From: a virus
Lineage: Duplodnaviria; Caudoviricetes
Length of the DNA: 50,933 nt
Direction: 5' to 3' (one strand)
Virus record (IMG/VR): IMGVR_UViG_3300048573_000087
Location: 1-50,933 of that record
A program made the translations under genes and the position numbers. Below, in pieces: positions 8,317-17,620 of this stretch. Numbering within the stretch: position 1 is the stretch's first letter; every line of letters starts with the position of its first letter. The notes under the pieces were generated by a model. It worked only from the letters and a program-made list of their open reading frames with translations. It ran no database searches and was not told the DNA's origin.

Positions 8317-9180
8317 ATGTTTGACGTAGGAATTTATCGTGCGCGTAAGGGAACCCCCGGAGTGGGTCGTAAACTAGCTGAGGCCCTTGGGGCCTATGAA
8401 GTAACTTCGGTTCGTCCAGCAGAACGTCCCGCTAACGGTGCTATAGTAATTAACTATGGCAGATCGGAAAAACCCGATTGGTATGATGAGTTTATTCACA
8501 ATGGGGGACGTATAGTAAACAAAGGTAACGCGGTTGCCAAGTGTGTAGACAAGCGGGTAACTTTGGCACTTCTAACAGATGCTGGTATTCCTTGCTTGGA
8601 GTGGACTTCTAACCAAGGCCGCGCCCAATCTTGGGCTGATGATGGGGACCGTGTATTCGTTCGTGCTACAACCAAAGGAAAAAAGGGAAATGGAATATCC
8701 ATTATTGGTCCCGGGAGCGATGTGCCAATTGCTCCGTTGTACACCAAGGATTACCCAAAAACACACGAGTTTCGTGTGCATGTGGCCTTTGGAAAGGTGA
8801 TTGACTTTGTGCAAAAGAAGCGCATGGGGGCCGAGAAACTCAAAGCTAACGGAATTGATGCAGTAAACGATGATGTTCGCAACCATCATCGCGGATGGGT
8901 GTTTGCACACAAAGATTTGGCTATCCACGTGGATGAGCGGGAAGTTATCTACGGCATCGCCCTTGCTGCGTCTGCGGCGCTCGGTATGGACTACTGCGGA
9001 ATTGATATGCTTGCAGTTGTGCGGGGAGGTAAACTACACCACGCTGTTATCTGCGAGGTAAACTCCGCTCCCGGAATGTCAAGTAAGCAGACGTTCGACG
9101 CTTATGTCGGCGCGTTTAACGAATATATCAACAACCATCGGCAAGTGTTTGCCGTTGCTGGTTATGATGGAGTAGCGTAA
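8317..9180 (+). CDS. RimK-like ATP-grasp ligase
   Basis: INYG, N..AVAKCVDK, EFRVHV, YCGIDM, CEVNSAPG. Confidence 0.88.
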   Translation: MFDVGIYRARKGTPGVGRKLAEALGAYEVTSVRPAERPANGAIVINYGRSEKPDWYDEFIHNGGRIVNKGNAVAKCVDKRVTLALLTDAGIPCLEWTSNQGRAQSWADDGDRVFVRATTKGKKGNGISIIGPGSDVPIAPLYTKDYPKTHEFRVHVAFGKVIDFVQKKRMGAEKLKANGIDAVNDDVRNHHRGWVFAHKDLAIHVDEREVIYGIALAASAALGMDYCGIDMLAVVRGGKLHHAVICEVNSAPGMSSKQTFDAYVGAFNEYINNHRQVFAVAGYDGVA

Positions 9181-9186
9181 CGTAGG

Positions 9187-9213
9187 GAACTTTTCCCAAG
9201 TTTACCTGTCTAA
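9187..9213 (+). promoter_or_regulatory. sigmaE/AlgU-type (ECF) promoter heading the replication block
   Basis: GAACTT-N16-TCTAA, preceded by GG. Confidence 0.7.
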
Positions 9214-9291
9214 TACATTCTTATGTATATATAATAGAGATTCTATAGAATCTCTTTATATTTACTCCCCCGGAGGGGGAATGTATTTAAC

Positions 9292-9307
9292 GTAGTCTAT
9301 AGACTAC
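9292..9307. repeat. 16-bp palindrome copy (AT centre)
   Basis: GTAGTCTATAGACTAC. Confidence 0.95.
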
Positions 9308-9329
9308 GGTATACATATAGTAAATATAT

Positions 9330-9356
9330 TTAGACAGCAACTTTACCAATAAGTTC
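9330..9356 (-). promoter_or_regulatory. antisense sigmaE-type promoter
   Basis: Minus strand GAACTT-ATTGGTAAAGTTGCTG-TCTAA (N16). Confidence 0.65.
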
Positions 9357-9370
9357 AACAAGGAGGAACA

Positions 9371-9709
9371 ATGGCTATGTTTTTTCAACACTTTCAGGAA
9401 CACACGAAAAAGACAGCGATATACCCGGATGCCTGTAAGGGCACTGTACCGGCAATCTCGTACTGTGCCTTGGGCCTAGCGGGCGAGGCAGGGGAGATTG
9501 CTAATAAGGTAAAGAAACTTATCCGTGATGGAGACACGGCAGAATTACGGGATAAGATCAGGGCTGAAGTCGGCGATGCCTTGTGGTATTTAGCCCGCCT
9601 TGCCGATGAACTAGGTGTACAGCTTGGTGACTTAGCGTACCAGAACGTAATCAAGTTACAGGACCGCAAAGAACGCGGGGTACTCAACGGAAGTGGCGAT
9701 AATCGGTAA
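9371..9709 (+). CDS. MazG-like nucleotide pyrophosphohydrolase
   Basis: LGLAGEAGEIANKVKK, EVGDALWY, KLQDRKERGVLNGSGDNR. Confidence 0.88.
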   Translation: MAMFFQHFQEHTKKTAIYPDACKGTVPAISYCALGLAGEAGEIANKVKKLIRDGDTAELRDKIRAEVGDALWYLARLADELGVQLGDLAYQNVIKLQDRKERGVLNGSGDNR

Positions 9710-9722
9710 TAGGGAAACTAAA

Positions 9723-10001
9723 ATGACTGATTTCTGTCTAAGTTGTAGTGATGCTGTACTTGTGTCGGAAGAAGAAATTGATTCTGGCACCTGCAATTCC
9801 TGCCGTAAGATTGAGCGTAACAATGAAGGGGAAGTACGGTCCCTGAACTTCGATAGACCTCGCCGGGAGAGATTCGTGGATGGCATGGACGAGTTTATCG
9901 CTGAGCAGGCGCTCATAGCACCTGAACCCGAGGACGTTGGGTTGGACGAAGAATCAGAAGAACTTAGTGAGGACGAGTCGGCAGGTGTATTTGGACGATA
10001 A
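9723..10001 (+). CDS. small acidic protein with two CxxC motifs
   Basis: CLSC...CNSC followed by a D/E-rich tail. Confidence 0.6.
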   Translation: MTDFCLSCSDAVLVSEEEIDSGTCNSCRKIERNNEGEVRSLNFDRPRRERFVDGMDEFIAEQALIAPEPEDVGLDEESEELSEDESAGVFGR

Positions 10002-10021
10002 CCGCACATACCCGAGGACGG

Positions 10022-10741
10022 ATGCTAATGAAATCACAACAGCGACGAGATAGGTATTGGTGGGTACGAGCAGTAATAGCAGGTGTTATTCTGCTAACAG
10101 CGGGCATGTTTGCCACATCCCACGCCGATGATAGTTTCACAGGCCACACGGATTACGTGCCGTATACTAGACAAATTGAGCAGCGGTACAAGATTAAGCC
10201 AAATCTGTTAGTGGCGATATGTAGCAAAGAGAGTAATTGGCGGAACGTCAGGGGCAAACACGGGGAGATAGGGGTTTGTCAGGTTAAGCCTGAATCAGCC
10301 GCCCTAGCTTTGGGGAGTACCACAAAGCGCCCTGTGCTTGCGTATGGTTCTCGCGGAGATTACGTGCGGTTTGCTCAGGCGCTATTGAAGATAAAGCCTG
10401 ACGGGGCCTATGGGAGAGCCACAGAGTTACAGGTAAAGATGTTCCAGTATCACAATGGACTACGTGTGGATGGGGTAATAAGTAAACAAACGTGGTATTT
10501 TCTGGCAGGGCCGGAGTCCTACACACAAATGTTATGGAACCCTCGCCAGAACATTGAACTAGCCGCTAGGTATTTGGTGTGGTTGCGTGACCTGTTAAGC
10601 ACGGATGATGCTGTAATACTAATGGCTGCGTATAACGGAGGTCCGGGAAACCCCGTTGTGAAATACATGGTCGCTGTGGAGCGATATCGACAATCACTAA
10701 ACCCCATGTATGAGGCGTATCTTATGGAGGACTTACGATGA
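10022..10741 (+). CDS. secreted or membrane-anchored lytic transglycosylase with inserted peptidoglycan-binding domain
   Basis: N-terminal hydrophobic helix; KESNW, GEIGVCQVKP, NPRQNI, AAYNGG; GSRG..V...Q..L...DG.YG......V..FQ...GL.VDG inserted in the middle. Confidence 0.85.
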   Translation: MLMKSQQRRDRYWWVRAVIAGVILLTAGMFATSHADDSFTGHTDYVPYTRQIEQRYKIKPNLLVAICSKESNWRNVRGKHGEIGVCQVKPESAALALGSTTKRPVLAYGSRGDYVRFAQALLKIKPDGAYGRATELQVKMFQYHNGLRVDGVISKQTWYFLAGPESYTQMLWNPRQNIELAARYLVWLRDLLSTDDAVILMAAYNGGPGNPVVKYMVAVERYRQSLNPMYEAYLMEDLR

Positions 10742-11373
10742 GTGTTCTGGAGTTTCAGGGATTCCCTAGCATTAAGCGGCTATCTCGTGATATAATAATC
10801 ACTGAGAAGCTGGATGGAACTAACGCGCAAATTTATATTGAGCTGCGCGACAATGTTCCGCAAGACGAGTTGGACTCTGGAGTAGCCCCGTTCATGTCAG
10901 TGCAGCGGGATGGGATTGATTATGTCATGCTGGCGGGTTCGCGGACCCGGTGGTTAGGAAAGGGCAAGTACGATAACTTTGGGTTCGGGGAGTGGGTTGG
11001 AAAACACTCAGACGAGTTGCTAAAACTAGGCCCGGGAAGGCATTTTGGGGAGTGGTACGGAAAGGGAATTCAACGCGGATATGGGCTGACAAATAAGCGG
11101 TTTTCTTTGTTCAACGTATCCCGATGGAAAACCTGTTGTTCGGATGCGGAAGAATACGAGGTTCTTCCCGGATGTTGCGGGGTTGTTCCAATCTTGTATA
11201 AGGGCCCGTTTACCGAAGAAGCAATATACTTAGCCCTAGATGCTTTAGCTACAGGAGGCAGCGTGGCCGCTCCTGGATTTATGGACCCGGAGGGGATTGT
11301 TGTGTTTCATACGGCGTCTAACACGCTTTTCAAGAAAACATTTAAAGGGGATGAAAAAGGAAAGGGCGTATGA
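10738..11373 (+). CDS. RNA ligase (Rnl2-like adenylation domain)
   Basis: TEKLDGTN (motif I), GEWYG, EGIVV, FKK. Confidence 0.85.
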   Translation: MSVLEFQGFPSIKRLSRDIIITEKLDGTNAQIYIELRDNVPQDELDSGVAPFMSVQRDGIDYVMLAGSRTRWLGKGKYDNFGFGEWVGKHSDELLKLGPGRHFGEWYGKGIQRGYGLTNKRFSLFNVSRWKTCCSDAEEYEVLPGCCGVVPILYKGPFTEEAIYLALDALATGGSVAAPGFMDPEGIVVFHTASNTLFKKTFKGDEKGKGV

Positions 11374-12221
11374 GTGCGTCAAGAAAGGACAGCAGGTACG
11401 ATTATACTATAGCCCTAGATTCAGCCGATCTAGAAATTGGTGGGTCTACAAAAGAGTTCCTATGCCCTAGGTGCGGAGGCGGAGATACCAAGGAAAAAGC
11501 ATTTAATTTAACTCGGGTGGCTACGGGGATATTGTACAAGTGTCATCGGGGTAAGTGTGGTTTTGCTGGTTTTGTACCAACAATGTTGAGTAGTCTACAG
11601 ACTACGCCAACTCGTAGGAAAATAAGGCCCTACACCGGGGAGACAGTTTTATTGTGGGCCAAATATCGTGCAATGTTTTGGGAGAAGTACGGATTGACTC
11701 GTCCAGAGATAGCGGCGTTCCGCATGGATTTGGATTCGGGGAGGATTGTACAGCCGTGGCACGCTGCTAACGGTTATGTTGCTGGACATATACTGCGAGC
11801 CTATGACGGGCAGAAACCAAAATCCCTAACCTTTTGGGATAACGACGGTGTTCCAATACTTGATTATTATGGCGTTGACAGGAGGCATCTTACCCAACCG
11901 GAGATATGGTTAGTCGAAGATCAGCTTAGCGCCATTAAACTATCGCGCTACGTTCCATCGGCGGCGTTAATTGGTTGTCATATTAGCGAAGCGCAGGCAG
12001 CGGATATCCGAAAGAATTTCCGGTATGTATTCTTGGCCTTGGATAACGACGCAACTGTAAAGGCAATTAACTTATCAATGAAATACAAGCTGTACTTCCG
12101 GAACTTTTGGGTAGTTCCTCTGTCTAAGGATGTCAAGGATATGCCCGACGAACAAATAAAAGAACTACTTGGAGGGTATTTTGGAAGCGAAAATCTTAGG
12201 GGCGTTGCTGCACGAACGTAA
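11370..12221 (+). CDS. DNA primase (Zn-binding + TOPRIM)
   Basis: CPRC...CHRGKC, LVEDQLSA, ALDNDA, KDVKD. Confidence 0.85.
   Translation: MSASRKDSRYDYTIALDSADLEIGGSTKEFLCPRCGGGDTKEKAFNLTRVATGILYKCHRGKCGFAGFVPTMLSSLQTTPTRRKIRPYTGETVLLWAKYRAMFWEKYGLTRPEIAAFRMDLDSGRIVQPWHAANGYVAGHILRAYDGQKPKSLTFWDNDGVPILDYYGVDRRHLTQPEIWLVEDQLSAIKLSRYVPSAALIGCHISEAQAADIRKNFRYVFLALDNDATVKAINLSMKYKLYFRNFWVVPLSKDVKDMPDEQIKELLGGYFGSENLRGVAART
11590..11605. repeat. 16-bp palindrome copy inside primase (AC centre)
   Basis: GTAGTCTACAGACTAC, encoding SSLQTT in the linker after the zinc domain. Confidence 0.95.
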
Positions 12222-13389
12222 GGCATTTGAAGAACTCACCAATCTCAAAGAGGACGGGGCAGGTTTTACAGACGCAGGCAAGATCATTTTCTCCGCGATT
12301 GCGGCTTATTATAGGCGTGACCCGGCTGCTGGTCATGTTGACAAGGGCATCCTTTTGGCGGCGCTGGAACAAAGGTTAAACAATGAAAAGCAATTCAATC
12401 GTATTTCAGAAATTGTCAAGGGTTTGGCGGGGGTTAGTGTTCTCAATCTTGTTGACGTATATCGCGCACAAAAGAAATATATTATTGCTAATGAGCTTGC
12501 TGCGGCGCTCTTAAAGCAGGACGATGCAAAGGTACGGGACCTATCTCAATCGTGGGCCGCGTGGGATGTAGGCGTTGAAAACAAAACGGAGGAATCTGCT
12601 GATGTTTATGAAGATATTGCTATCGAGTCTGTATTGGCGCCTCTCAAAAGGGAAAATCTTTTGCCCCTTTTCCCATCCTCTCTTAATGAACTTACTGACG
12701 GGGGTGCGACCAAAGGAGATCATATTCTTATCGCTGGGAGAGTTGAGAATGGCAAATCTCTGTTTGCAATCAACCTTGCGGCTGGTCTTTGTTACTCGGG
12801 CAAACGTGTACTATATATTGGAAACGAGGATGCACCAGCGCGCATGTTACCGCGTTTCGTTTCCAGATTAACGGGGCTTACTAAGCAGCAAATAATGCAG
12901 GATTACAAGGGTACGCAGGAAAAGGCTAATAAGCGGGGGCTAAATAACCTGATTTTCATCAATGCGCGTGAGTGCTCATTGAACCATATTGATAATTGGC
13001 TGTCTAAGTACAAACCAGATACGGTAGTAGTTGACCAAATACGCAACATTAATGCGGGTAATGTGGAAAAGACAGAGCAGTTGGAGAAGGTGGCTACGGG
13101 CGTTCGCCGCCTAATCAAGAAGCATAATGTTCTTGGGATTAGTGTTTCCCAATCCATGAATGATTCGGAGCACATCAATAAGTTGATAGGAGACATGGCC
13201 GATGTGGCGAACAGTAAAGTCGATTTGCCGGGACAAGCTGACTTGCTTATCCTTCTCGGAACGAATGATGATTATCGTAATAGGAATATGGTTATGCTTT
13301 CTATACCAAAGAACAAGCTAAGTGGGTGGCACGGCAGTTATCCGGTACGGATAAATCCGTTACTTTCAATGGTAGAGGATGTTGCGTAG
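12181..13389 (+). CDS. DnaB-like replicative helicase
   Basis: Walker A GRVENGKS, YIGNED, VVVDQI, SQ, KNK; TTG at 12181 has a GGAGG RBS. Confidence 0.88.
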   Translation: MEAKILGALLHERKAFEELTNLKEDGAGFTDAGKIIFSAIAAYYRRDPAAGHVDKGILLAALEQRLNNEKQFNRISEIVKGLAGVSVLNLVDVYRAQKKYIIANELAAALLKQDDAKVRDLSQSWAAWDVGVENKTEESADVYEDIAIESVLAPLKRENLLPLFPSSLNELTDGGATKGDHILIAGRVENGKSLFAINLAAGLCYSGKRVLYIGNEDAPARMLPRFVSRLTGLTKQQIMQDYKGTQEKANKRGLNNLIFINARECSLNHIDNWLSKYKPDTVVVDQIRNINAGNVEKTEQLEKVATGVRRLIKKHNVLGISVSQSMNDSEHINKLIGDMADVANSKVDLPGQADLLILLGTNDDYRNRNMVMLSIPKNKLSGWHGSYPVRINPLLSMVEDVA

Positions 13390-13401
13390 TCTATAGACTA
13401 C
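13386..13401. repeat. 16-bp palindrome copy (AT centre)
   Basis: GTAGTCTATAGACTAC; supplies the helicase TAG stop. Confidence 0.95.
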
Positions 13402-13418
13402 AAATGGAGGCAGGTTAT

Positions 13419-13724
13419 ATGAGAGGTACTCAAGTAAAGTTAGCGAAGCAGTTAGCAGCAGCGGCTTTGATTCGGGAAGGAATAAACCCGGAGAAGATAC
13501 CTTATCGTAAGTACGATACCAAGACTACCCGTAAGGTAGTTACCGTGCTTAACTCTAAGGGAGAAGAAATACAAGTTCCTGTGGATAAAATAACAAAGGT
13601 GCTGAACACAGCATGTCTAAGAAAGCAGCAGAAGATCGCCAAAGGGAGGCTACAGAAATTGCTTCGTACCGGCTTCCGGGACACCCGCTTAATCAGGGAA
13701 CACCTAGCCTCCCAAAGCATATAA
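13419..13724 (+). CDS. basic hypothetical protein
   Basis: GGAGG upstream; K/R-rich; sits between helicase and polymerase. Confidence 0.6.
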   Translation: MRGTQVKLAKQLAAAALIREGINPEKIPYRKYDTKTTRKVVTVLNSKGEEIQVPVDKITKVLNTACLRKQQKIAKGRLQKLLRTGFRDTRLIREHLASQSI

Positions 13725-15538
13725 GCGAGCCCAATCCGCAGATTTATCTTAATGGAAAATACCTTATCGTTGATGTTGAAACTACTAATCTCGATTATGG
13801 GGACCCGCGTAATACAAATAACCGCCTCCTACTGGCCGTGGCAAAACGGTGGGATGGAAAAAGGTTGGTTGCGTGGGGCTCCGAGTTTGAGCAGCAAGAA
13901 CTAAAAAAATGGGTGGATGAGGCTGATTTCATTGTAGCCCAAAATACCAAGTTTGAACTTGGTTGGTTCTATCGAATGGGGTGGGACCTTACCAAGATTC
14001 TTCCCTACTGCACAGTAATAGGAAAATATGTCTACGACGGGAATCGTCATTCTAAGCGCGATCTTAATTCTCTTGCTGAGTTTTATGGTGTGGCTGGTAA
14101 GGAAGGATACGTTGGGGCTCTTATTGCTCTTGGTGTTAATCCTTCTGATATTCCGCCTAGTTGGCTAAAGGAGTATTGCATACAGGACGTGGAAGCTGAG
14201 GAACAGATATTCCTAAAGCAGCGTAAGCAGTTGAATGGGATGGGGTTGTTACCTTGTGCCTATACCCGGAACATATTTACTCCGGTGCTGGTAGAACTAG
14301 AGTCTCGCGGGATGCAGTTGGACCCGGAACGAGTCCGAATCATCTACAATAACTACAACAAAAAGTACCTCAGACTCCAAAAGGAACTAGATGAATACAC
14401 AGCGGGAATTAATCAAAATAGTCCAAAACAAGTGGCCGAATTCCTTTACGACCGATTGGGTTTTAGTGAACCTGCGGACTTCCGAGGTAATCCCATTAGA
14501 ACAGACTCCGGTGGACGCACCACGGATAAGGACGATCTTAAACTCCTTAAGCCGCGTACTAAGCGCCAACGAGAGTTTCTTGACCTCTATCTTAGGTACG
14601 GCGAAGTCAAAGCCAAAGTAACCAAGTACCTCCAGAAGTTTGTGGATTGCTGCGACCAAGACGGTGGGTGGCTGCAAGCAAACTTTAATCAGTGTGTTAC
14701 CGTTACGCACCGGCTAAGCAGTAGCGGCACCAAACATAAAATTCAGTTTCAGAATATGGATAGGCAGTTGAAGCCCATATTCACAACAAGAAATAAGGGG
14801 TGGAGTTTTGGTGAGGCTGACGAAGCGCAACTAGAATTTAGAGTGGCTGTATTTTTGGGTAATGATCGACAGGGAAGGAAAGACGTTGAGGCAAAAGCGG
14901 ATGTTCACCGCTTCACGGCGTCGGTGCTGCATGATGTACCAGAGGCGGATGTTACGGGCGATTGGCGACAGGATGCTAAACCAGACACTTTCAAGCCTCT
15001 CTACGGAGGAACTAGCGGTACTCCGCAGCAACAGAAGTATTACAAAGCGTTTAAGGAGAAGTACAGCGACATAGCTAAGGTACAGGAGGGCTGGACCCAC
15101 GAGGTTCTAAAGAATAAGAAACTAACATTAGAGACAGGGTTTACCTTCTATTGGCCGTGGTGCAAAATGACCAAGACCGGGTATATAACCGAAACGGGTA
15201 AGATATACAATGGTCCAGTTCAGTATTTAGCCACAGCAGAGATTGTTCCGGTAGGAGTTACCTATTTGTGGCACAGGATGAAAGCGCAAAAGATGGAGAG
15301 TTTCTTGGTAAATACTGTCCACGACAGTGCCAATGGAGAAATAAAGCCGGGAGAGGAACAACAATTTACGGAACTTTCTCAGCAGGCAATGTCTAATGAT
15401 GTTGTGTGGTACTTGAAGAAAGTGTACAACATAGATTTTGATGTACGGTTGGATGCCGAGGTAACACTAGGCACTCATTGGAATGAGAAGAAAGGTTGGA
15501 AGGAAAAATGGTTAATAACAAACGAGGAGAGGAAATGA
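13613..15538 (+). CDS. family A DNA polymerase with 3'-5' exonuclease
   Basis: DVET, NTKFE, YCIQD exonuclease motifs; THRLSS, DEAQLEFR, AKPDTFKPLYG, VHDS polymerase motifs; start uncertain. Confidence 0.93.
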   Translation: MSKKAAEDRQREATEIASYRLPGHPLNQGTPSLPKHISEPNPQIYLNGKYLIVDVETTNLDYGDPRNTNNRLLLAVAKRWDGKRLVAWGSEFEQQELKKWVDEADFIVAQNTKFELGWFYRMGWDLTKILPYCTVIGKYVYDGNRHSKRDLNSLAEFYGVAGKEGYVGALIALGVNPSDIPPSWLKEYCIQDVEAEEQIFLKQRKQLNGMGLLPCAYTRNIFTPVLVELESRGMQLDPERVRIIYNNYNKKYLRLQKELDEYTAGINQNSPKQVAEFLYDRLGFSEPADFRGNPIRTDSGGRTTDKDDLKLLKPRTKRQREFLDLYLRYGEVKAKVTKYLQKFVDCCDQDGGWLQANFNQCVTVTHRLSSSGTKHKIQFQNMDRQLKPIFTTRNKGWSFGEADEAQLEFRVAVFLGNDRQGRKDVEAKADVHRFTASVLHDVPEADVTGDWRQDAKPDTFKPLYGGTSGTPQQQKYYKAFKEKYSDIAKVQEGWTHEVLKNKKLTLETGFTFYWPWCKMTKTGYITETGKIYNGPVQYLATAEIVPVGVTYLWHRMKAQKMESFLVNTVHDSANGEIKPGEEQQFTELSQQAMSNDVVWYLKKVYNIDFDVRLDAEVTLGTHWNEKKGWKEKWLITNEERK

Positions 15539-16164
15539 GCACAAGCGTGATTGAAGGACAGGTAAAGTTCGTCAAGCAGAATAACGGCGGTTATTATGCC
15601 GTATTGATGAGCGACGAACAGTGGTACGGATACACGAAAGAGAAGCCGCCGTTCGACAAGGGCGATAATATCCGCTTTGAGGTTGTAACCAATGGTAGAT
15701 TCCTGAACGTGGCACCAGATACAGTAGAGATTATTGCCGGTGGCCCTGCGCCAGCACGTAGTGCCCCGCCTGCCCGTAGGGCCGGTGGAGCACAAAAGTT
15801 CTCGACTGCTGGTAAGGATGAGTATTGGAAGGCCAAGGAGGCCCGCGATATAGTACATTACGCGAAACGGGATGCTCGTGATATTATGGTGCAAAATGAA
15901 ATTCGCCTACAGGCGTCACGTAACGCAGCCATCGAATTGATGGGTATTGCGTTGGCCAATAAGATAGTCGAGTTTGGCGAGCCTAAGAAGAAGGGCGCTA
16001 ATCTGGAAGTTCTGGCTACCTATGTGGACAAACTGACGCAGAAGTATTACGACGCAACCAAGGCCATCAATCCTGTTGTTGTAGAGGCTCCGGCTGTTGC
16101 GGAAGTTGATGAGGTTGAGGAAGTTACTGCTGGTGGTGATTTCCCCGACGCCCTAAACTTCTAA
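15535..16164 (+). CDS. possible single-stranded DNA-binding protein
   Basis: OB-like N-terminus, acidic tail ending in F, position after polymerase (inference). Confidence 0.5.
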   Translation: MSTSVIEGQVKFVKQNNGGYYAVLMSDEQWYGYTKEKPPFDKGDNIRFEVVTNGRFLNVAPDTVEIIAGGPAPARSAPPARRAGGAQKFSTAGKDEYWKAKEARDIVHYAKRDARDIMVQNEIRLQASRNAAIELMGIALANKIVEFGEPKKKGANLEVLATYVDKLTQKYYDATKAINPVVVEAPAVAEVDEVEEVTAGGDFPDALNF

Positions 16165-16245
16165 ACGTGTTTGTAATTCTGTTGATTATTTGGTTTCTGT
16201 GGTACACGTTGTTCCGAGAATAATAAAAAAAAAAGGAAAATAATA

Positions 16246-16572
16246 ATGGCTGATAAGACCGAAGTTCTGTACGCCAACGAGAACTACTTTGTCCGAGTTG
16301 GTGAGTCCCCTGTTACTGCTGACTCCCCTGAACCACAGATAATGTATGCTGTGGTAAACAAAGTATCCCAAGTTGAGGAATACTTTACCAATCAGTTGTA
16401 TGAAGCCAAGCAGAATGCGTATTGGCTTAACTTCATGCTGCACAATAAGAACTGGGAGAAGGTTATGATAGAGAAAGCCGGGGGGTTTGATGTTCACTTT
16501 GCTACTGCCCCTGCTGCCGCCGCTGTTACGGCTCGCCAGCTTACCAGTGCTGGTCCTTTAGACCTAAACTAA
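16246..16572 (+). CDS. hypothetical protein
   Basis: 108 aa; AAGGA RBS. Confidence 0.7.
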   Translation: MADKTEVLYANENYFVRVGESPVTADSPEPQIMYAVVNKVSQVEEYFTNQLYEAKQNAYWLNFMLHNKNWEKVMIEKAGGFDVHFATAPAAAAVTARQLTSAGPLDLN

Positions 16573-16573
16573 C

Positions 16574-16589
16574 GTAGTCTACAGACTAC
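16574..16589. repeat. 16-bp palindrome copy (AC centre)
   Basis: GTAGTCTACAGACTAC fills the gap between two genes, over the RBS position. Confidence 0.95.
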
Positions 16590-16590
16590 A

Positions 16591-17454
16591 ATGGTTTGGG
16601 CGCCAAAACTTGCGATCATTGACTTCGATGTGATGTTGTATATGTGCGGCTACGCCGCTCAGCATACGCATCATAGAGTGTACGAAAAGGGGGCCGTGGA
16701 TTTCACGGCTTCCTTCAAGTACAAGCGAGAAGCCGTTGCCTATGTTAAGGGCATGGAGGATGAGTATGAGATAAAGGCTGAGACGGAAGTAGCACCATTC
16801 AGTCACGCTGCACAAAATGTCAAGCAGTTGATGTTGAAGATACGAGGGAGTATTGGAGCCGCTGCGTACAAAGGGTATCTCACTGGCAAAGGAAACTTCC
16901 GGGAGGTGTTGGCTACTATTCAGGGATACAAGGCTAACCGCGATCCTACGATGAAGCCGTACCACTACGGAGCCCTTAAGCGATATATTATCGACGAGCT
17001 TGGTGCTATGATAGTTGATGGATACGAAGCAGACGATGCACTTGGTATGGAGCAGATGAAATACTACCAGCCGGACCAAGAATTTGAGGTCTGCCGAAGT
17101 GTCATTGCTACCATTGACAAGGACCTCAATATGATACCGGGCTGGCATTATAACTTCCTACAGGGGAAATGCTTTCATGTCACGGAGTACGAGGGTATGG
17201 TTAGCTTCTATAGCCAGCTACTTACTGGAGACACCACTGATAATATAAGCGGCATTCACAAAGTCGGACCTGTTACGGCTGCAAAACTGCTACAAGGGAA
17301 ACTCACTGAACTCGATATGTTCCGCGTGGTTGAGAATGAGTATGCCCGAGCATTTCCCGGCGAAGATGTGCAAAAGAGGATAAAAGAAAATGGGCAGTTG
17401 CTGTGGATATGGCGAAAAGAAGGAGATTTATGGATACCACCGAACGAGAGATAA
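16591..17454 (+). CDS. 5'-3' exonuclease (T7 gp6 / FEN-like)
   Basis: IDFD, YKANR, EADD, DKDL, LTGDTTDNISGIHKVGPVTAAKLL. Confidence 0.9.
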   Translation: MVWAPKLAIIDFDVMLYMCGYAAQHTHHRVYEKGAVDFTASFKYKREAVAYVKGMEDEYEIKAETEVAPFSHAAQNVKQLMLKIRGSIGAAAYKGYLTGKGNFREVLATIQGYKANRDPTMKPYHYGALKRYIIDELGAMIVDGYEADDALGMEQMKYYQPDQEFEVCRSVIATIDKDLNMIPGWHYNFLQGKCFHVTEYEGMVSFYSQLLTGDTTDNISGIHKVGPVTAAKLLQGKLTELDMFRVVENEYARAFPGEDVQKRIKENGQLLWIWRKEGDLWIPPNER

Positions 17455-17620
17455 TCTGTACTATTAATTTTGGTATTAAGACACTCGACCCTTTTAAACT
17501 TCCGCCATTGCTGCGTATTACGGGCGGCTATGAGGGACTACAGGATACAATGTCGTACGCTACAACTATAAAGGAGAGACGATGGTGGGCTGCATGTTTC
17601 ATCCTAGGGCAACCGTTCGC

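Noticed and set aside
16220-16240. Poly-A run as a phase-variation tract
   Set aside because: It is intergenic and sits just before an RBS; more simply an A-rich translation enhancer or a homopolymer length artefact.
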